From an uncultured archaeon (GTDB lineage: Archaea > Iainarchaeota > Iainarchaeia > JAADDC01): a stretch of 56,088 bases of DNA. The notes beneath the pieces are model-generated. The model did not search any database. It was not told the origin of the DNA and was given only the letters and a program-made list of their open reading frames with translations. Shown piece by piece: positions 53,515-56,088 of this stretch. The position numbers were made by a program, and so were the translations under genes. The stretch covers positions 1 through 56,088 of the forward strand of contig CAZAKL010000003.1 in the NCBI GenBank assembly GCA_964486025.1, written 5' to 3'. Numbering within the stretch: the first letter of the stretch is position 1; each line of letters opens with the position of its first letter.

Positions 53515-54264
53515 GTGGAAGAGAGAATAGTTGCCATGGTGAGAGACTTCAAGGCAAAAGTCGCTAGAATGGGAGTATCTGCAGTAGGTCAGCTTAAACT
53601 ACCGGAAAGGAAGCCCGAAATGCCCGTCATCACGGACAAAATCAGGGCGTCGAAGCTCGGAGACTGCCCCGTTGATATTGTCCTATATATGAACGGACGG
53701 GTTCCCAGGTTTGACCAGGCAACGCTCAAAGCCTTTTCAGAGGGAACAGCCATTCACAGGCTCTTCCAGAAGCTTGAGGAAAGCAGGTTTGATTCTATTG
53801 AAAACTACTTTGAAACGGAACACCTTACGGGGCACGTTGACGGAATAGTAGGAGATTCTATCGTTGAAATCAAGAGTGCAGCTGCATCAAGGATGCCGAC
53901 CGCCGACACCATAGACAAGAGATACCTGTATCAAGTCGGGGCATACTTTGAACTCACCGGTCTTTCAAGGGCTTACTTCATCTTCATCAACAAAAGGGAC
54001 CTTCAGGACGTCAGGGTTTTTCTCTTCCTTAGAACACCGGAAATATCTGAAATGGTCAAAGAAAAGATAGAACTCGTTATGCACCTCAACGAGAAGTTCA
54101 GAAGCGGTTTGCTTACGGTTGAGGAAATGGAAAGGGTTGCGCACCTTGACCGGTGTGCGTTCTGCGGGATGAAGGGGGAATGTGCGGTCGTTGAAAAGAG
54201 ATTTTCTGCCAAAGTTGACGAGCTTGAAAACTTCCTTCTCGGGAACGGAGGACCTTCTCTTTGA
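53515..54264 (+). CDS. Cas4-like PD-(D/E)XK nuclease with a 4-Cys (Fe-S) signature
   Basis: GHVDGIV...IVEIKS (D..ExK), QVGAYFEL (QxxxY). Cys1 in LGDCPV plus C-terminal CAFCGMKGEC (Cx2Cx5C). Confidence 0.8.
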   Translation: MEERIVAMVRDFKAKVARMGVSAVGQLKLPERKPEMPVITDKIRASKLGDCPVDIVLYMNGRVPRFDQATLKAFSEGTAIHRLFQKLEESRFDSIENYFETEHLTGHVDGIVGDSIVEIKSAAASRMPTADTIDKRYLYQVGAYFELTGLSRAYFIFINKRDLQDVRVFLFLRTPEISEMVKEKIELVMHLNEKFRSGLLTVEEMERVAHLDRCAFCGMKGECAVVEKRFSAKVDELENFLLGNGGPSL

Positions 54265-54557
54265 GCCTTCTTGAGGAAGCATACAGGCTTCGCTGGGTAA
54301 TGAAAACCCTGAAAGAACTTAAAAACGAGCTCACTGGCATAAAGGAACTGATTGAGAAAGGAAGCTACGTTGCCTTCGGACCGGACGACGAGGTGGTTGA
54401 GGACGAGGAAGAACTGAAAATCATACTGAAGACCCTCATAGAAGAGATAGACTACCGCCTCAGTAAAAAGATATTCGACTACTACCAAAGCGACCTAATG
54501 AAGTTTGAAGAGAATAATCAGCTGAAGGATTATAACGACGAGAAGGAGGTAATGTAG
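54261..54557 (+). CDS. Hypothetical acidic protein (98 aa, TTG start)
   Basis: The start overlaps the nuclease stop. The 3' end overlaps the convergent ORF by 63 nt, so one C-terminus may be wrong. Confidence 0.4.
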   Translation: MSLLEEAYRLRWVMKTLKELKNELTGIKELIEKGSYVAFGPDDEVVEDEEELKIILKTLIEEIDYRLSKKIFDYYQSDLMKFEENNQLKDYNDEKEVM

Positions 54558-54785
54558 AGTTCTATCCTGCTTTCTTTCTTCCGCCACTTCAGACTTCTTT
54601 TCCTTTTCAAGCTGTGCAGCTATCCTCGACAGTATCTCGTTGTTCCTGGAAAAGAGTTCTCTGAAGTTTTCCATCTGCCTCAGAGAGGCAGACGAGTTTC
54701 TCTCTACTATTTCGGCTATCGTCTTTACCGTGTTTTCAAGTTCTATTAGCCTGCTTTTAATAGCATCAGTTGTCTCTGTTCCCAT
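54495..54785 (-). CDS. Coiled-coil protein with a hydrophobic C-terminal tail (96 aa)
   Basis: GGAGGT SD 9 nt upstream. Confidence 0.45.
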   Translation of the reverse strand: MGTETTDAIKSRLIELENTVKTIAEIVERNSSASLRQMENFRELFSRNNEILSRIAAQLEKEKKSEVAEERKQDRTLHYLLLVVIILQLIILFKLH

Positions 54786-55057
54786 ATCCTCGTTACCTCC
54801 GGTGCAAGCTCTGGATACCTCTTCTCAACGAAAGAAAGGAATTCGTTGAAGGTGCGGGTTGGAGGGGGATTTTTCTGAACACCAGCAAGAAACTGCATGA
54901 GATTTTCGAGCTTTTTCATCTTTTCGTTGTATTTTCTTCTGCAGTATCTTCTACTCTTTACAGCTCCGAGTTTGAGCTTCATAGAATACTTTTCCCTTAT
55001 TTCGTCTAAGTATTCTTCCATTAGTTCACTCAGCGTCAGCTCACAACTGCACGCCAT
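54746..55057 (-). CDS. Hypothetical protein (103 aa)
   Basis: The ATG at 55057 follows GGAGGTGTAGG. Confidence 0.5.
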   Translation of the reverse strand: MACSCELTLSELMEEYLDEIREKYSMKLKLGAVKSRRYCRRKYNEKMKKLENLMQFLAGVQKNPPPTRTFNEFLSFVEKRYPELAPEVTRIWEQRQLMLLKAG

Positions 55058-55111
55058 CCTACACCTCCTGTGCTGTCCGTTGTAAGTAATTATACCATAT
55101 TGTAGCACAGA

Positions 55112-55169
55112 ATTAAGTATTTAGTTTTAGTATTTACACTACATTTACACTATAACAGTATATATACTG
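55112..55169. repeat. AT-rich repeat cluster: ATTAAGTATTTA, 2x ATTTACACTA, 14-bp palindrome CAGTATATATACTG
   Basis: 12-mer at 55112-55123 (= 1036-1047 and 1049-1060). Direct repeats at 55132-41 and 55143-52. Palindrome at 55156-69. GTATTTACAC is the reverse complement of GTGTAAATAC at 12037. Confidence 0.6.
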
Positions 55170-55174
55170 ATATG

Positions 55175-55714
55175 TTATACAGACGATAAATACTTTTTTA
55201 AACAGGAAAGGTATTCCTGGCTCAGAAAGTCGGCAAGGAAGTAAGGAATGTATTCCCTTCCAAACCAACCCAGCAGCTTCTTTGCAGTTGACTTCCTTAT
55301 TTTCTTTTCGCCTTTTGCCACCCGCCAGGGGTCGTTTATCCCCACCTGGTAGAACAGCCTGTATGCCGGTAGCTCCGAGTGTCTGAACTCGCGCAGCTTC
55401 TTTGCAACGAAAACAGAGGTTGCCGTTCCTTTAGGCAAACTTTCCGCTAGTTCCAGATCTTCTATGCTCACTGAGATTCCCATATCCTCTTTCAGAATCT
55501 CGTTGATTATTTTGCCGATTTCCAAATCGGAATAGTCTATACCCTTCAGGAAGTTGAGAAAGCGCAAATTGTCAAGGTTTGGAACGGACCCTGCAAGGAT
55601 GTGATAGACTGCGGAGTGAGTCTTATAAACATCCAACCCTCTTTTCTTCAGTTCTGCTAAAATCCTGTGCAGGTTCAAGCCCTCAAGTTTTCTCTTCAGC
55701 TCCTCTCGCCACAT
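55175..55714 (-). CDS. Hypothetical protein (179 aa), possibly DNA-binding
   Basis: AAGGGG SD. Helical, basic segments. No firm motif. Confidence 0.55.
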   Translation of the reverse strand: MWREELKRKLEGLNLHRILAELKKRGLDVYKTHSAVYHILAGSVPNLDNLRFLNFLKGIDYSDLEIGKIINEILKEDMGISVSIEDLELAESLPKGTATSVFVAKKLREFRHSELPAYRLFYQVGINDPWRVAKGEKKIRKSTAKKLLGWFGREYIPYFLADFLSQEYLSCLKKYLSSV

Positions 55715-55732
55715 CTCAATCCCCTTATAAGA

Positions 55733-55752
55733 AGGGGGCTTCTATGCCCCCT
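55733..55752 (-). terminator. GC hairpin between the zinc-ribbon gene and the 179-aa gene
   Basis: AGGGGGC-N6-GCCCCCT. Its 3' arm could alternatively pair with the downstream SD AAGGGG. Confidence 0.3.
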
Positions 55753-55846
55753 CAACAATTTTAGCCACCATCGACGTCGTGTGGTAAAATATCCGGAAAG
55801 TCAGCTAAAGCAAGAAGTTTTAGTGCTTCTTTCAATGCCCGGATTT

Positions 55847-56086
55847 TTACCTTCCGCAGTGGGAGCAGAGGATTCTGTCGTCGTAGTCAGTAAGGGTAAG
55901 GTCAACTTGCTTCAAACCGCAGTTGACTAACATTTCTACTGTTTGAATCTGGGCGTGCAGTTCCTCTGCTTCCTCTGCGGTCCCCTCAAAAATCCAGTAA
56001 TGGTTCATCCTTCCGCAGTTAGGACACCTGAAGTCGTTAACCGTTCTGAAGATGACCCTTACGTTTTGCCCTGTTTTTACAGCTTC
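55847..56086 (-). CDS. Zinc-ribbon protein, 5'-truncated by the window edge
   Basis: Reads ..EAVKTGQNVRVIFRTVNDFRCPNCGRMNHYWIF...ILCSHCGR*. Two CxxC pairs. Confidence 0.55.
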   Translation of the reverse strand, partial: EAVKTGQNVRVIFRTVNDFRCPNCGRMNHYWIFEGTAEEAEELHAQIQTVEMLVNCGLKQVDLTLTDYDDRILCSHCGR

Positions 56087-56088
56087 TA

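Larger units (their letters stand above)
1..56088. mobile_element. Segment of a conjugative plasmid or ICE (T4SS + coupling protein + T4P + own replication module); ends not contained in the window
   Basis: VirB2-B10-like genes, VirD4-type ATPase, T4P genes, PolB/primase/helicase/SSB and several toxin-antitoxin-like pairs. No housekeeping genes, rRNA or tRNA seen. Confidence 0.7.

Noticed and set aside
1-56088. CRISPR arrays, tRNA/rRNA genes, IS elements, terminal inverted repeats and integrase/att sites.
   Set aside because: I found no regularly spaced direct repeats, no cloverleaf-like or rRNA-like stretches, and no DDE or tyrosine/serine recombinase motifs. Manual scanning cannot exclude short or degenerate elements.

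Overview
Gene-dense stretch with about 70 credible CDS, tight or overlapping junctions and strong GGAGG-type Shine-Dalgarno (SD) sites. It reads as the backbone of a conjugative plasmid or integrative conjugative element (ICE). The proteins are K/E/R/V/I-rich, which suggests a thermophile, but host assignment is inference only.

Modules in order:
- a small ribbon-helix-helix (RHH) operon
- a complete type IV pilus (T4P)-like machine on the minus strand: HU, PilT, pilin, PilC, PilB/GspE, bitopic assembly proteins, SH3b protein, lipoprotein secretin, PilP-like protein, actin-like ATPase
- a tandem-RHH protein with an upstream iteron array
- a VirD4/TraG-type coupling ATPase
- a tightly coupled six-gene operon: MoxR AAA+ / VWA / unknown / PilT-VirB11-like ATPase / two unknowns
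- a Toprim primase
- a giant pilin-like protein plus a lytic transglycosylase
- an AT-rich islet of unknown genes beside an AbiEii-type nucleotidyltransferase pair
- two large secreted proteins convergent with a membrane-anchored subtilase operon, both driven from near-identical 21-bp palindromes
- a PIN toxin pair
- a compact family-B DNA polymerase plus a RecD2-like helicase
- a zeta-like kinase
- HU plus SSB
- a Trb/VirB-like T4SS (B2, B3, B4, B5, B6, B8, B9, B10 plus a PilT-type ATPase)
- a Cas4-like Fe-S nuclease

No rRNA, tRNA, CRISPR array, IS, integrase or HUH relaxase was recognised.

The most interesting non-obvious signals:
1. A promoter-seed-terminator unit at 866-978 (minus strand). 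Its 20-nt seed is perfectly antisense to the polB start-codon region 35 kb away, so it is a candidate copy-number-control RNA.
2. The MoxR/VWA/secretion-ATPase operon.
3. An exonuclease-degenerate mini-PolB.
4. A palindrome-controlled subtilase and secreted-protein module.
5. A G6/C6 tract joining two membrane-protein reading frames.

All function calls rest on motifs read by eye; no database search was possible.
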